In this document: positions 17,050 through 25,625 of the stretch, one piece after another | Numbering within the stretch: position 1 is the first letter of the stretch | Layout: every line of letters starts with the position of its first letter | IMG/VR virus record: IMGVR_UViG_3300010263_000005 | Location: 1-28,052 of that record | Reading direction: 5' to 3' (one strand) | From: a virus | Taxonomy: Duplodnaviria; Caudoviricetes | DNA: 28,052 bases | The notes under the pieces: model-generated | Told to the model about the DNA's origin: nothing | Database searches by the model: none | Seen by the model: only the letters and a program-made list of their open reading frames with translations | Program-made: the position numbers and the translations under genes

Positions 17050-18054
17050 ATGTATATTTTAGTTCCAAAGTTTATGGAGCCGAAAGACCCATTTCAAGTG
17101 GGAGTCGGTATGGAAGGGTTTTTATCGTGGGAACTCCGTAGGAAAGGGGTGCTCCTAATTCAAGGCGGCGGACCTGTTCACAATGTAATTACGGACCGTG
17201 GCTTGAAAAAGACTGCGGAAATACAAAATTCTGTGGTGTATAACTGTACCACCTGTGTTTTAGGAACAGGAATATCCACACCTGTTTCAACGGATATAAA
17301 ATTGCAAGCCTATGGCGGTAATGGGACGAAAAAGACTTGGAATTCTTCGGCAGGTTCATACCAGCAAGGCGCTGCCGGAGACCGCTGGTTTAAGAACATC
17401 TTTGAATATGGACTGACCGAAGCCGTAGGTAATTGGACAGAAGTCGGGTTTTGCTGGGAATCAAGTAATGATTTCTATAGCGCTAGCGGTCCCGACCTAT
17501 TTGCCCGGGTACTTTTTAAGGACGGTCAGGGAAATCCAATTACCGTTCAAAAAACTAGTGAAGATACATTGACCATTACGTATACGCTTCATGTCAAACG
17601 TATTTCGGATACACCACAGGTTAATACGGTGAATGTTCCTGGAGTCGGCGATGTCGAGGTGGAGTCATTGTTGCTGGACAAAGCGCTTAATTATATGACC
17701 AACTGGACGATCAACTGGAATTATGCCTATGAGTACAAAACACAACTCGGGACTAGTAGCGACCCGTTGATTCCCACAATGACTCAACCGCGGGCTATTA
17801 TCGGCGGTTATTGTGTACCGACATTAAGGCAAACAGTCAATTATGTTTCCGGGGCGATGTACCGGGAATTCCTATTTGAATGGTCCGCCTCTGTGGTCGG
17901 GAATATTGCAGAAGCCACCTATCAGATTCTTTATAGTTCTTCGTATGTCGATGGGACTTCAGTTGCTTGCCGGTTTACCCCTGCTATCCCCAAAGACAAT
18001 ACTAAAAAATTTAGGCTGAGACCGCGTATTACCTATGGAAGAATCTCAGCTTAA
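17050..18054 (+). CDS. Minor tail/baseplate protein with an internally duplicated domain
   Basis: RBS GAGGAGG. The HNVITDRG...LGTG..TP..TD..L...GNWTEVG...LFAR...KTSEDTLTITYTL pattern is typical of tail-fibre base domains. Confidence 0.7.
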   Translation: MYILVPKFMEPKDPFQVGVGMEGFLSWELRRKGVLLIQGGGPVHNVITDRGLKKTAEIQNSVVYNCTTCVLGTGISTPVSTDIKLQAYGGNGTKKTWNSSAGSYQQGAAGDRWFKNIFEYGLTEAVGNWTEVGFCWESSNDFYSASGPDLFARVLFKDGQGNPITVQKTSEDTLTITYTLHVKRISDTPQVNTVNVPGVGDVEVESLLLDKALNYMTNWTINWNYAYEYKTQLGTSSDPLIPTMTQPRAIIGGYCVPTLRQTVNYVSGAMYREFLFEWSASVVGNIAEATYQILYSSSYVDGTSVACRFTPAIPKDNTKKFRLRPRITYGRISA

Positions 18055-18069
18055 AGAAAGGCAAGCATC

Positions 18070-20559
18070 ATGCGAATCGCAAAAGACATTCTTCTTTATG
18101 AAGGTGGAACAGGTGCTCCGTTAAATACGGCAGGAGGAGAGTTCAGCGGGCTTTCGCTGTTTGCGTTTTGGGAAGATAGTGACCGCCTTATGGCGAAGTG
18201 TCTTTTCAAGAATGAGATGATTGGTGAAGACAGTGGAGTTTACTTGGGTTCGCTTCATCCGGGACAATGGACAGCGGCGGTGAAATTCACGGAATATGAG
18301 GGTGATTCTTCTCCCACAATCCACATGGTTGACGATGAGCCTTTTGCAGTCTGGACGAGAGGACCCGGATTACAAAAGGCTCCGTCATTTCTAAAAAAAG
18401 AGGTATTGACTGCCAAAGTCGGATTATCGGATGAAATGTCAGTCGGCGGCTTTTCGGTCGATTTGGATAATACCTCGGGGATGTTTACAGAGAGTGAATC
18501 CAAATATCTGCTTTATTTCAGAGAAGAAAAGTCCATCGTCCTCTTTTTGGGCTTTGGCGGCGAGTTCGTCCGGATGATGACCGCGCAAATCGATGAAACT
18601 GACGCGGAACATTCACTGAACGCTCCGGTCTATACTGTCCAAACGGTCAATAAATACCGGGACCTACTTGGTTTGCCGCTGACAAAAACTTATGGTATGA
18701 CCTATAAATCCAGCGGTCGAACAACGATCATTAATGCTTTTAAAGTATCGGCGGCAATCAAGCCTTTCGATACAGTCGAAGTTCAAGTGGAAGCTCCGGC
18801 ACCGGCCCGGTGGTATCCAACCAGCCCTAGACTAGAAAATGTTAATCCAGGCAGCGGGCTTCAGTTTTCTCAGATTTACGGTTCGACCGAAACTGTATTC
18901 TACGTCCGAATCACCAATACATCGGCTGCGCCGATTCAACCGGTCTTTGATGTGACCGCTTGCCCGGTATTGGAAGATGTGGTTTTACTAGCCAGCGGTT
19001 CGTTAACAGTCTCTTCGGGTGAGAAAACCTCAACCAATTTTATTGAGTTTTCGCAAGCTGCAGACCCAGAGTCACTTCAGGTCCGGCTGGTGAATGCCAG
19101 CGGTAATGTACCCGCGCTTCCGATCTGGTGGAAAGGGTCATCGATTGGCTGGGCGGTGCATTCGGTTTTTCAGACAACGGATATGGGCGCGGAGATCAGT
19201 TTGTTTTCCCCGGCAGCCAACATGACCGGAATCCAGGTGGTTTGTTCCAATACCGCAAGTCGCTCCCGAACCTACTATTATGAAGTATACGGGCGGCCTT
19301 ACGGGTCGATGCTCGGCGACTATTGGGAAGCCAAGGATGTCCTTTATGACTTAGTCAAAACCGCAACCCATAAAGAGACAATGCTGGCATCTCGGGAGGG
19401 TTCCATTGCTGAAGGTCAGGATTCAACCGACTTCATTATTGATTTTGAGGAAGATATCGATACTACCACCGTTCGGGTCGAGGATCTGGGAAACCGGGAG
19501 ACGGTCGCATCGATTGTGGAGTTGACCAAACGCCAGGCAGTTATTTCGGTTACCCGGGTCGGAGACACCAACCATGAAATTAACTTCTCCTTTGAGGTGT
19601 GGGGAAATTACGCGGGAAGGTTGGACTTCTTTTCTCCGATGTATCTCCGGATTACCAATCCTCCGGCGCTTCAATTCAACGCGCCGTTGGTATTTGATAA
19701 CGAGCCGATCATCGATGCGGCGGGGAAGGTCCGGCAGGTTTGTTTCACGGATGACGGATCGCCCTACCGGTTCTTTTTTGGTGCCCGGAATGACTGGCGT
19801 ATGGTTCCACTCCGGTTGGGGGCTCCGGTCCATACCTTCAAGGTCAGAAATATGGCGAAAATTCGGAAATCCCTTAAAACCCCGGATTTAATCGACCGGG
19901 TCGAAGTGAAGGGTGCGGTAACGCCAATCTTTGTCATGGAAACCAGGGAAGAGTGTCTTCATACTCAAAAGGATAAGGTGCGCTGTCCCAACTTCAAAGG
20001 TTCATTGGTCATGACCATTAATTTTTCCTACATGGTGAAACCGGACACCATTCACCTGCGGAAAGTCTGGACAGATGATGGAGATCTCTGGATTACGGAT
20101 CGACAGCCGACTTACTGTGTGGTGAAGTTAGATAATGATACATTTCTGAACTTGGGTGACTCCGAAGCCACCTTTGAGGTTTGGGGTGAACCATTTGCAG
20201 GAGTTAAGTATCAGGAACTATATGTCGTCAAAACCAACGCCAATGCAGTCGGAAAGTACAAGTTCAATGAGGCGGTTGTCGAAAATGAAATGATTGATAA
20301 TGAGGCTCTCGGCCTGCAAGTGGCTGGTTCGGTAATCAACGAATCGGCAGCCGGGCGGGAGAAGATTACCGTGGAAGGAACACCGCATCTGGGGTTAGAA
20401 CCCTGTGATACCGTGGAGATTGTTGATGGGTTTCTGAACGTAGTGGGATACCGGTTAATCAAAAGTATCGATTTTAATTTTGATGCGACAGGGAAGGCCC
20501 CGGAAATTCGGGCGACATATGAACTTCAAAACCCTGAATTGTTCGAAGGCGGTGATTAA
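18070..20559 (+). CDS. Tail hub/host-specificity-like protein
   Basis: 829 aa. FSVDLDNTSGMF near the N-terminus and a hub-type C-terminus (VEGTPHLGLEPCDTVEI...LIKSIDFNF). Confidence 0.7.
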   Translation: MRIAKDILLYEGGTGAPLNTAGGEFSGLSLFAFWEDSDRLMAKCLFKNEMIGEDSGVYLGSLHPGQWTAAVKFTEYEGDSSPTIHMVDDEPFAVWTRGPGLQKAPSFLKKEVLTAKVGLSDEMSVGGFSVDLDNTSGMFTESESKYLLYFREEKSIVLFLGFGGEFVRMMTAQIDETDAEHSLNAPVYTVQTVNKYRDLLGLPLTKTYGMTYKSSGRTTIINAFKVSAAIKPFDTVEVQVEAPAPARWYPTSPRLENVNPGSGLQFSQIYGSTETVFYVRITNTSAAPIQPVFDVTACPVLEDVVLLASGSLTVSSGEKTSTNFIEFSQAADPESLQVRLVNASGNVPALPIWWKGSSIGWAVHSVFQTTDMGAEISLFSPAANMTGIQVVCSNTASRSRTYYYEVYGRPYGSMLGDYWEAKDVLYDLVKTATHKETMLASREGSIAEGQDSTDFIIDFEEDIDTTTVRVEDLGNRETVASIVELTKRQAVISVTRVGDTNHEINFSFEVWGNYAGRLDFFSPMYLRITNPPALQFNAPLVFDNEPIIDAAGKVRQVCFTDDGSPYRFFFGARNDWRMVPLRLGAPVHTFKVRNMAKIRKSLKTPDLIDRVEVKGAVTPIFVMETREECLHTQKDKVRCPNFKGSLVMTINFSYMVKPDTIHLRKVWTDDGDLWITDRQPTYCVVKLDNDTFLNLGDSEATFEVWGEPFAGVKYQELYVVKTNANAVGKYKFNEAVVENEMIDNEALGLQVAGSVINESAAGREKITVEGTPHLGLEPCDTVEIVDGFLNVVGYRLIKSIDFNFDATGKAPEIRATYELQNPELFEGGD

Positions 20560-20835
20560 ATGTCTGAGCTTGGCGAAGGTTCGGTTATCAAAGGATTAGG
20601 AAACGGAACCTATTTAATCAAGGTGAAAAAAGCAGAAATTGTTGCAAATGATGTAAGTGTCCCCCGGCTGGTTCTGGCTCCGGGGGATCTTGTTATTCTG
20701 GCCGCCTTCGATACGTTTCAAAAAGGCGCCCGGATCATCGGATTGGCCGGAACACCCGACGAAGTTAAGCCGGATGCAAAGGTCGGCAGGTTGGATGAAA
20801 CGTTTTTTGACGGTGAGGAGGTTCAGGGTCAATGA
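20560..20835 (+). CDS. Hypothetical tail-region protein (OB-fold-like)
   Basis: Tightly packed 91-aa ORF in the tail operon. Confidence 0.6.
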   Translation: MSELGEGSVIKGLGNGTYLIKVKKAEIVANDVSVPRLVLAPGDLVILAAFDTFQKGARIIGLAGTPDEVKPDAKVGRLDETFFDGEEVQGQ

Positions 20836-21083
20836 GTGACAACCTCAATGAGTTAATTCGGACCAAGGAAGCGGAACTCGAAAATCTGAAGCGTGAGATG
20901 ATGGACCGCAAGGAAGAACTTAAGCGGCTTCGGGAGAAGCGAAAACTTCAAGAGGATATGAGGACCCTCCGTCGGGATGTGTTGCTGCGACGCTATCAGA
21001 CAAGGGCTGGTCAACCGGCAAAAGACAATATAAATCATATTCGAATACAAAAAGCCAAACGTGAGGAGGTAGTTAAGAAGTGA
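20832..21083 (+). CDS. Hypothetical coiled-coil protein
   Basis: ATGA-coupled, RBS GAGGAGG, highly charged helical sequence. Confidence 0.6.
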   Translation: MSDNLNELIRTKEAELENLKREMMDRKEELKRLREKRKLQEDMRTLRRDVLLRRYQTRAGQPAKDNINHIRIQKAKREEVVKK

Positions 21084-21820
21084 GCCGATGGACTCAGGAC
21101 TTAGTGTATTTTGTTTACCGTTCCCTCATTAAATCCTCGGATTTCAATACTAACTTTTCCTTGGTTAGAGGATTCTTTGAAGCGCTCGAAGCGGATTTCG
21201 ACGCTTTAACAGAATCATTGGCGGGGGTGATCGGAAACTGCGTTGTGGCCGGGGGAAATGTTACGGTGAAGTCAGGGATGACCGTCAGTATCGACGGTCT
21301 TTTTGCTTTCACCGGGGGGAAGGGAGTATCTCTTCCGGCGGGGGATTACACCGTCCCGAAACCTGCATCTGGAACTTGTACGGTCGCTTGCGTGGTGGAT
21401 TTCGGTCAAGCCGCTCCGGGAATAAGTTTTTTGCTTGGGTCAACATCAACACCAACAGTACCGCCGACTTTGAATGAGTATCAGACGGTGGTGTTCACCT
21501 CTCAGGTAAGTGCAGGACAGGGGTCTTTGACACAGGGTGCTGTCTCGTATTCGTACCGGGTCGATGCAGCAGACATCGTCGAAGAGATCGACGCGGCCCG
21601 GGTCAGTTCATTACTCGGAGCTTTTGCTTCATTGGATGCCAGGTTGGAAGCAATCGAAGAGAAACTGGCCAAGGTCTGCCGGTTAACGGATGGGCTCTTA
21701 AGTATTCAAAAGCTCGCAACCGCCCCGGCGGTTGTCCCCGAGGATCGGGTTGTGTATTTCGATACCGTCCTAGGCAAAGCCCGTTTTTGGGATGGCTTGG
21801 TTTGGAACGACTTGTATTAA
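21080..21820 (+). CDS. Putative tail fibre/baseplate-associated protein
   Basis: RBS GAGGAGG. N-terminal IKSSDFNTNF, a SLDARLEAIE coiled coil, and a C-terminal VYFDT..GKARFWDG..W motif seen in fibre proteins. Confidence 0.65.
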   Translation: MSRWTQDLVYFVYRSLIKSSDFNTNFSLVRGFFEALEADFDALTESLAGVIGNCVVAGGNVTVKSGMTVSIDGLFAFTGGKGVSLPAGDYTVPKPASGTCTVACVVDFGQAAPGISFLLGSTSTPTVPPTLNEYQTVVFTSQVSAGQGSLTQGAVSYSYRVDAADIVEEIDAARVSSLLGAFASLDARLEAIEEKLAKVCRLTDGLLSIQKLATAPAVVPEDRVVYFDTVLGKARFWDGLVWNDLY

Positions 21821-21842
21821 TAATGAAAGGATGTGCATTCTC

Positions 21843-22289
21843 ATGTGGTTGAATCTTGGAGCTAAACTATTGGAACTATTGGTCCCGATTATTACAGTGG
21901 CGATTGTGGCGCTCATTGGTTATGGGGTAGCCTTTTTGCGGGCAAAAACGGAAGCTCTCCGTCTGGATGTGGCGCGTCAGTCACTGCTAGCCGCCTTGTC
22001 TGAAGCCGAGAAGGTGGCCAGGGACGCCGTGATGGCCACGAATCAGGTGTTTGTTGATAATCTTAAACAGGGTAAAGCCGATGGAAAACTGAGTGCCGAG
22101 GATGCCAAAGCTGCTTTGGATAAAGCAAAAGAGTATTTTATCGGAACATTGTCCCGGGAAAGTATCTCCGTTTTGGAAGCAGCAGTGGGTCCGGTTCAGG
22201 AATGGCTGGGTCGGTTTTTAGAGGCAAAGTTGTATGAGCTCAAAGGCGGAACTGCTGCGGAGGTTTATAAGGCGGCAAACCCTACTTAA
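21843..22289 (+). CDS. Holin-like membrane protein (LL-H type: single N-terminal TM plus helical domain)
   Basis: TM segment LLVPIITVAIVALIGYGVAFL, then AV.ATNQVFVD.LK...DGKLS.ED...A. ATG 21843 follows GAAAGGATG. Ends GCA AAC CCT ACT TAA. Confidence 0.65.
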   Translation: MWLNLGAKLLELLVPIITVAIVALIGYGVAFLRAKTEALRLDVARQSLLAALSEAEKVARDAVMATNQVFVDNLKQGKADGKLSAEDAKAALDKAKEYFIGTLSRESISVLEAAVGPVQEWLGRFLEAKLYELKGGTAAEVYKAANPT

Positions 22290-22459
22290 CGCCAGTCTGG
22301 TTAACCGGGCCTGTTTCCCTGGGAATTACAGACAGAGGACCGGGAGTTAGATATTCTTTCCCAATAGTGGGAGAAAACTGCCGTTTCGACTTCGGTCTGA
22401 CAACAGATTGGCGGCTCCAAGATCCTCGTTTCGGGGTCTATTTTACAATGCGGTTTTAA
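22277..22459 (+). CDS. Putative -1 frameshift extension of the holin-like gene (58 aa, beta-strand rich, C-terminal Phe)
   Basis: The frame is open 22271-22459 with no start codon until GTG 22367. Heptamer A AAC CCT at 22277-22283. Translation: YLTPVWLTGPVSLGITDRGPGVRYSFPIVGENCRFDFGLTTDWRLQDPRFGVYFTMRF. Confidence 0.55.
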   Translation, partial: KPYLTPVWLTGPVSLGITDRGPGVRYSFPIVGENCRFDFGLTTDWRLQDPRFGVYFTMRF

Positions 22460-22475
22460 TGTAAGGAGGGCGATA

Positions 22476-22601
22476 ATGTTATTGACGTTACAGAAAGCAA
22501 TCCTCCGTCTTCCTAAGACAGCCAGTCCCCTCACCTCACATACTGGTAGAGGTAAAAACCTAACCGGATTATCTTCCGGAATGGTCAGGGACCTTTATTA
22601 G
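22476..22601 (+). CDS. Small ORF (41 aa) or gene remnant at a module junction
   Basis: Strong RBS TAAGGAGGG, ATG 22476. Translation MLLTLQKAILRLPKTASPLTSHTGRGKNLTGLSSGMVRDLY has no recognisable motif. Confidence 0.3.
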   Translation: MLLTLQKAILRLPKTASPLTSHTGRGKNLTGLSSGMVRDLY

Positions 22602-22640
22602 GTGGGGACCTTTTCCAATAAAAAATGGGGGTGATAAAAA

Positions 22641-23057
22641 ATGAAAGAGACATTCAATAGTTTACAGGTTGTATTCGCAGCTGTGGGAGGATGTCTGGGA
22701 TGGTTTTTTGGGGGATTTGACGGCTTTTTATATGTGTTGCTTGCCTTTGTAATCGTAGATTACATTACAGGCTTAATGTGTGCCGTGATCGATAAAAAGC
22801 TTTCAAGCGAGATTGGCTTTAAGGGTATTTTTAAGAAGGTGCTAATTTTTATTATGGTGGGCATCGGCAACATCCTCGATGTGCAGTTTATTGGTGACGG
22901 TAATGCCTTACGCACCGCAATCATCTTTTTTTACATCTCCAACGAAGGAGTTTCCCTGCTAGAAAATGCTGGGCATATCGGATTACCGATTCCCGCAAAA
23001 CTGAAAGCGGTATTGGAACAGCTTCACGACCGCAGTGAAACGGAGGATGATAAATGA
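22641..23057 (+). CDS. Holin, toxin secretion/phage lysis holin family (Phage_holin_4_1)
   Basis: GWFFGGFDG, DYITG, LSSEIGFKGIFKK and FYISNEGVSLLENAGHIGLPIP signature. Confidence 0.93.
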   Translation: MKETFNSLQVVFAAVGGCLGWFFGGFDGFLYVLLAFVIVDYITGLMCAVIDKKLSSEIGFKGIFKKVLIFIMVGIGNILDVQFIGDGNALRTAIIFFYISNEGVSLLENAGHIGLPIPAKLKAVLEQLHDRSETEDDK

Positions 23058-23626
23058 ACTTGCATAGGTTATATCTTACTGAAAATGCTTGTTATAAGGC
23101 TGGAAAAACTATTACACCCAAAGGAATCATGGTACATTCCACGGGCGTGAACAATCCATATCTCAAACGTTATATTGGCCCGAACGATGGGCTACTGGGC
23201 AGAAACGTAAGTAACAACCATTGGAACCAGCAGAAGCCGGATGGGCGGAAGGTTTGTGTTCATGGGTTTATTGGCAGGCTGGCCGATGGTTCAATTGCTA
23301 CATACCAGACTTTGCCATGGAATCATCGGGGCTGGCATGCAGGTGGCAAGGCTAACGACACCCACATCGGCTTCGAAATATGTGAAGATGGTCTAACTGA
23401 TGATTCATACTTCCGGGCGGTCTTCTTCGAGGCGGTGGAACTATGCGTTTATCTCTGCAAATGTTATGGACTGACTGCGTCTAATATCCTATGCCATAGT
23501 GAGGGCTATAAGCAAGGCATTGCCACCAACCATAGCGACGTGATGCATTGGTTCCCGTGTCACGGGGAGAGTATGGATTCCTTCCGGGCAGCCGTAAAAG
23601 CAAGGCTTTCGATTATAAGCCGTTGA
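23054..23626 (+). CDS. Endolysin, N-acetylmuramoyl-L-alanine amidase (Amidase_2)
   Basis: IMVHST, VCVHGFI, GWHAG, IGFEICED and ILCHSE...NHSD zinc-amidase motifs. ATGA-type overlap with the holin. Confidence 0.92.
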   Translation: MNLHRLYLTENACYKAGKTITPKGIMVHSTGVNNPYLKRYIGPNDGLLGRNVSNNHWNQQKPDGRKVCVHGFIGRLADGSIATYQTLPWNHRGWHAGGKANDTHIGFEICEDGLTDDSYFRAVFFEAVELCVYLCKCYGLTASNILCHSEGYKQGIATNHSDVMHWFPCHGESMDSFRAAVKARLSIISR

Positions 23627-23680
23627 ACCCGGAGAAACTTAATAAAATTAATAAGAAATACAACTGCTCCTACCTACAAG

Positions 23681-23731
23681 AGGCTCACGGCTGTGGTAAC
23701 CACTCCACGCCGTGGGCTTTTTTGTTTTTTT
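23681..23731 (+). terminator. Intrinsic terminator at the end of the lysis module
   Basis: AGGCTCACGGC...GCCGTGGGCTT followed by long T runs. Confidence 0.8.
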
Positions 23732-23782
23732 AAGGGTTCGAATCCTGCTGATTTTTTGCGTATCGGTGGGAGGTAATGACAT

Positions 23783-24004
23783 ATGCAAGTCACGAGAATA
23801 ACGGAACTTCAGTCTACCAGAAATCTTACCCAACGGAAAGCAGTATCAACAGAGATGCTTCAACGTGAGTTTGACTACTACCGTTCCCTCAAGTTGCTTC
23901 GAAAGATGCTGCATGCCGGACTTATTTCGCAAGAGGAATTCGAGAGAATTGATCGCCAAAATCGCCTATCTTTCTCCCCTTTCGGAGTTGAGTTAATGCC
24001 CTGA
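23783..24004 (+). CDS. Small SHOCT-like protein of the recombinase module
   Basis: RBS GGGAGGT. LQREFDYYRS..LL.KML..GLIS.EEF..ID..NR.SFSP pattern; the conserved first gene before tandem serine recombinases. Confidence 0.8.
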   Translation: MQVTRITELQSTRNLTQRKAVSTEMLQREFDYYRSLKLLRKMLHAGLISQEEFERIDRQNRLSFSPFGVELMP

Positions 24005-24065
24005 ATTGCTTGATAACATGGGCTTTCGGAGGTAATATGTCATGTACCTGAAGGGAGGTGAAAGA

Positions 24066-25625
24066 GTGCGGAAAGTAAGGAAAATAGAGGCAAATTCAAT
24101 AACGGTTAAGCCAAAGCTTCGGGTCGCTGCGTATGCCCGCGTTTCCACAGATAGTGAGGAGCAGTTGGTAAGTTTGGAAGCGCAGAAGACCCATTATGAA
24201 TCCTACATTAAAGGGAATCCAGAATGGGAGTTTGTCGGAATTTACTATGATGAGGGAATCACGGGCACGAAAAAAGAGAAACGCACCGAACTTCTTCGAC
24301 TGATAACCGATTGTGAAAATGGGCTGATTGACTTCATTATCACCAAGTCCATCAGTCGGTTTGCCAGAAATACAATGGATTGCTTGGAACTGATTCGGAA
24401 GCTTACCGACCTTGGTGTTTTCCTTTACTTCGAGAAGGAGAACATTAATACACAGTCAATGGATGGCGAACTGATGTTGACGATTCTTAGTAGTCTCGCC
24501 GAGAATGAATCGGTTTCCATCGCTCAGAATAGTAAGTGGTCTATTCAGAGACGTTTCCGGAACGGGACATATAAGCTTTCATACCCGCCTTACGGATACG
24601 ATTATGTGGATGGTGCATTGGTCGTAAATAAAGAGCAGGCTGCCGTTGTGAGGCGCGTCTTTTTCGAAGCATTATCCGGCAAAGGTGCGCAGAAAATTGC
24701 CGATGGCTTAAATGCTGACGGCATACCACCAAAAAAAGCAGCGGTTTGGAGCGCGACGACCGTCCTCGGTATGTTGGTTAATGAAAAGTATACTGGAGAT
24801 GCCATTTTACAAAAGACTTATACAGACGATAATTTCAACCGGCACTACAACAACGGAGAAAAGGACCAATTTTTGATTAAAAAGCATCACGAGGCAATCA
24901 TCAGCTATGAGGAGTTTGAAATGGCACATGGATTACTGAAGCAGCGGGGTATTGAAAAAGGTATCCAAAAAGGAAGCGGCAAATACCAAAAACGCTATCC
25001 GTTGTCCGGAAAAATCATCTGTTCGGAGTGCGGCAGTCATTTCAAACGAAGGATTCATTATGGTGGTGGCAGTCAATATATCGCCTGGTGCTGTTCAAAA
25101 CATCTCAATGAAATATCAAAGTGTTCTATGCGCTTTATCCGTGAGGGCAGCCTTCATCAGGCTTTTATTACCATGGCCAACAAACTGATCTATGGCCATA
25201 AGTTTATCCTGAAACCATTATTGCAGAGTTTGCGGTCCATGAACTATTCCGATAACCTGATACAAATACAGGAACTGGAGCTAAAGATGGAGGAAAACGC
25301 GGAAAAAAGCCGGGTGTTGACGAGTCTTATGACAAAAGGTTATTTAGACCCATCCTTGTTTAATACGCAAAGCAATGAGCTACAAAAAGAGACAGCTATG
25401 TTAAAGGAGAAGCAAAAGACGCTTTCCCGCTCGGTGAACGGCGGGATGGTGATTCTGTCGGAAGTAGAACAACTTCTGAAGTGGGCAGCTAAAGCGGATG
25501 CCGTCGATTGTTTTGAGGGAACCCTTTTTGAGCGCATTGTCGAGAACATCATTGTATATTCTCAAGAAGAGGTTGGCTTCAAATTGAAGTGCGGGTTGAC
25601 TCTAAAAGAAAGGCTGGTGAGATAG
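24066..25625 (+). CDS. Large serine recombinase (resolvase, recombinase and Zn-ribbon domains)
   Basis: AAYARVST catalytic Ser, [17 protein letters not shown] and CSECG. Likely start is GTG 24066 after GGGAGGTG. Confidence 0.95.
   Translation: MRKVRKIEANSITVKPKLRVAAYARVSTDSEEQLVSLEAQKTHYESYIKGNPEWEFVGIYYDEGITGTKKEKRTELLRLITDCENGLIDFIITKSISRFARNTMDCLELIRKLTDLGVFLYFEKENINTQSMDGELMLTILSSLAENESVSIAQNSKWSIQRRFRNGTYKLSYPPYGYDYVDGALVVNKEQAAVVRRVFFEALSGKGAQKIADGLNADGIPPKKAAVWSATTVLGMLVNEKYTGDAILQKTYTDDNFNRHYNNGEKDQFLIKKHHEAIISYEEFEMAHGLLKQRGIEKGIQKGSGKYQKRYPLSGKIICSECGSHFKRRIHYGGGSQYIAWCCSKHLNEISKCSMRFIREGSLHQAFITMANKLIYGHKFILKPLLQSLRSMNYSDNLIQIQELELKMEENAEKSRVLTSLMTKGYLDPSLFNTQSNELQKETAMLKEKQKTLSRSVNGGMVILSEVEQLLKWAAKADAVDCFEGTLFERIVENIIVYSQEEVGFKLKCGLTLKERLVR

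Noticed and set aside
16039-21820. Diversity-generating retroelement or invertible tail-fibre cassette
   Set aside because: No reverse transcriptase, no near-identical TR/VR pair and no inverted gene fragments were seen. The repeats here are diverged protein-level duplications.
22301-22534. 77-aa minus-strand ORF in the lysis region
   Set aside because: It has no recognisable features and is antisense to the operon. The region is better explained by the + strand -1 frame extension.
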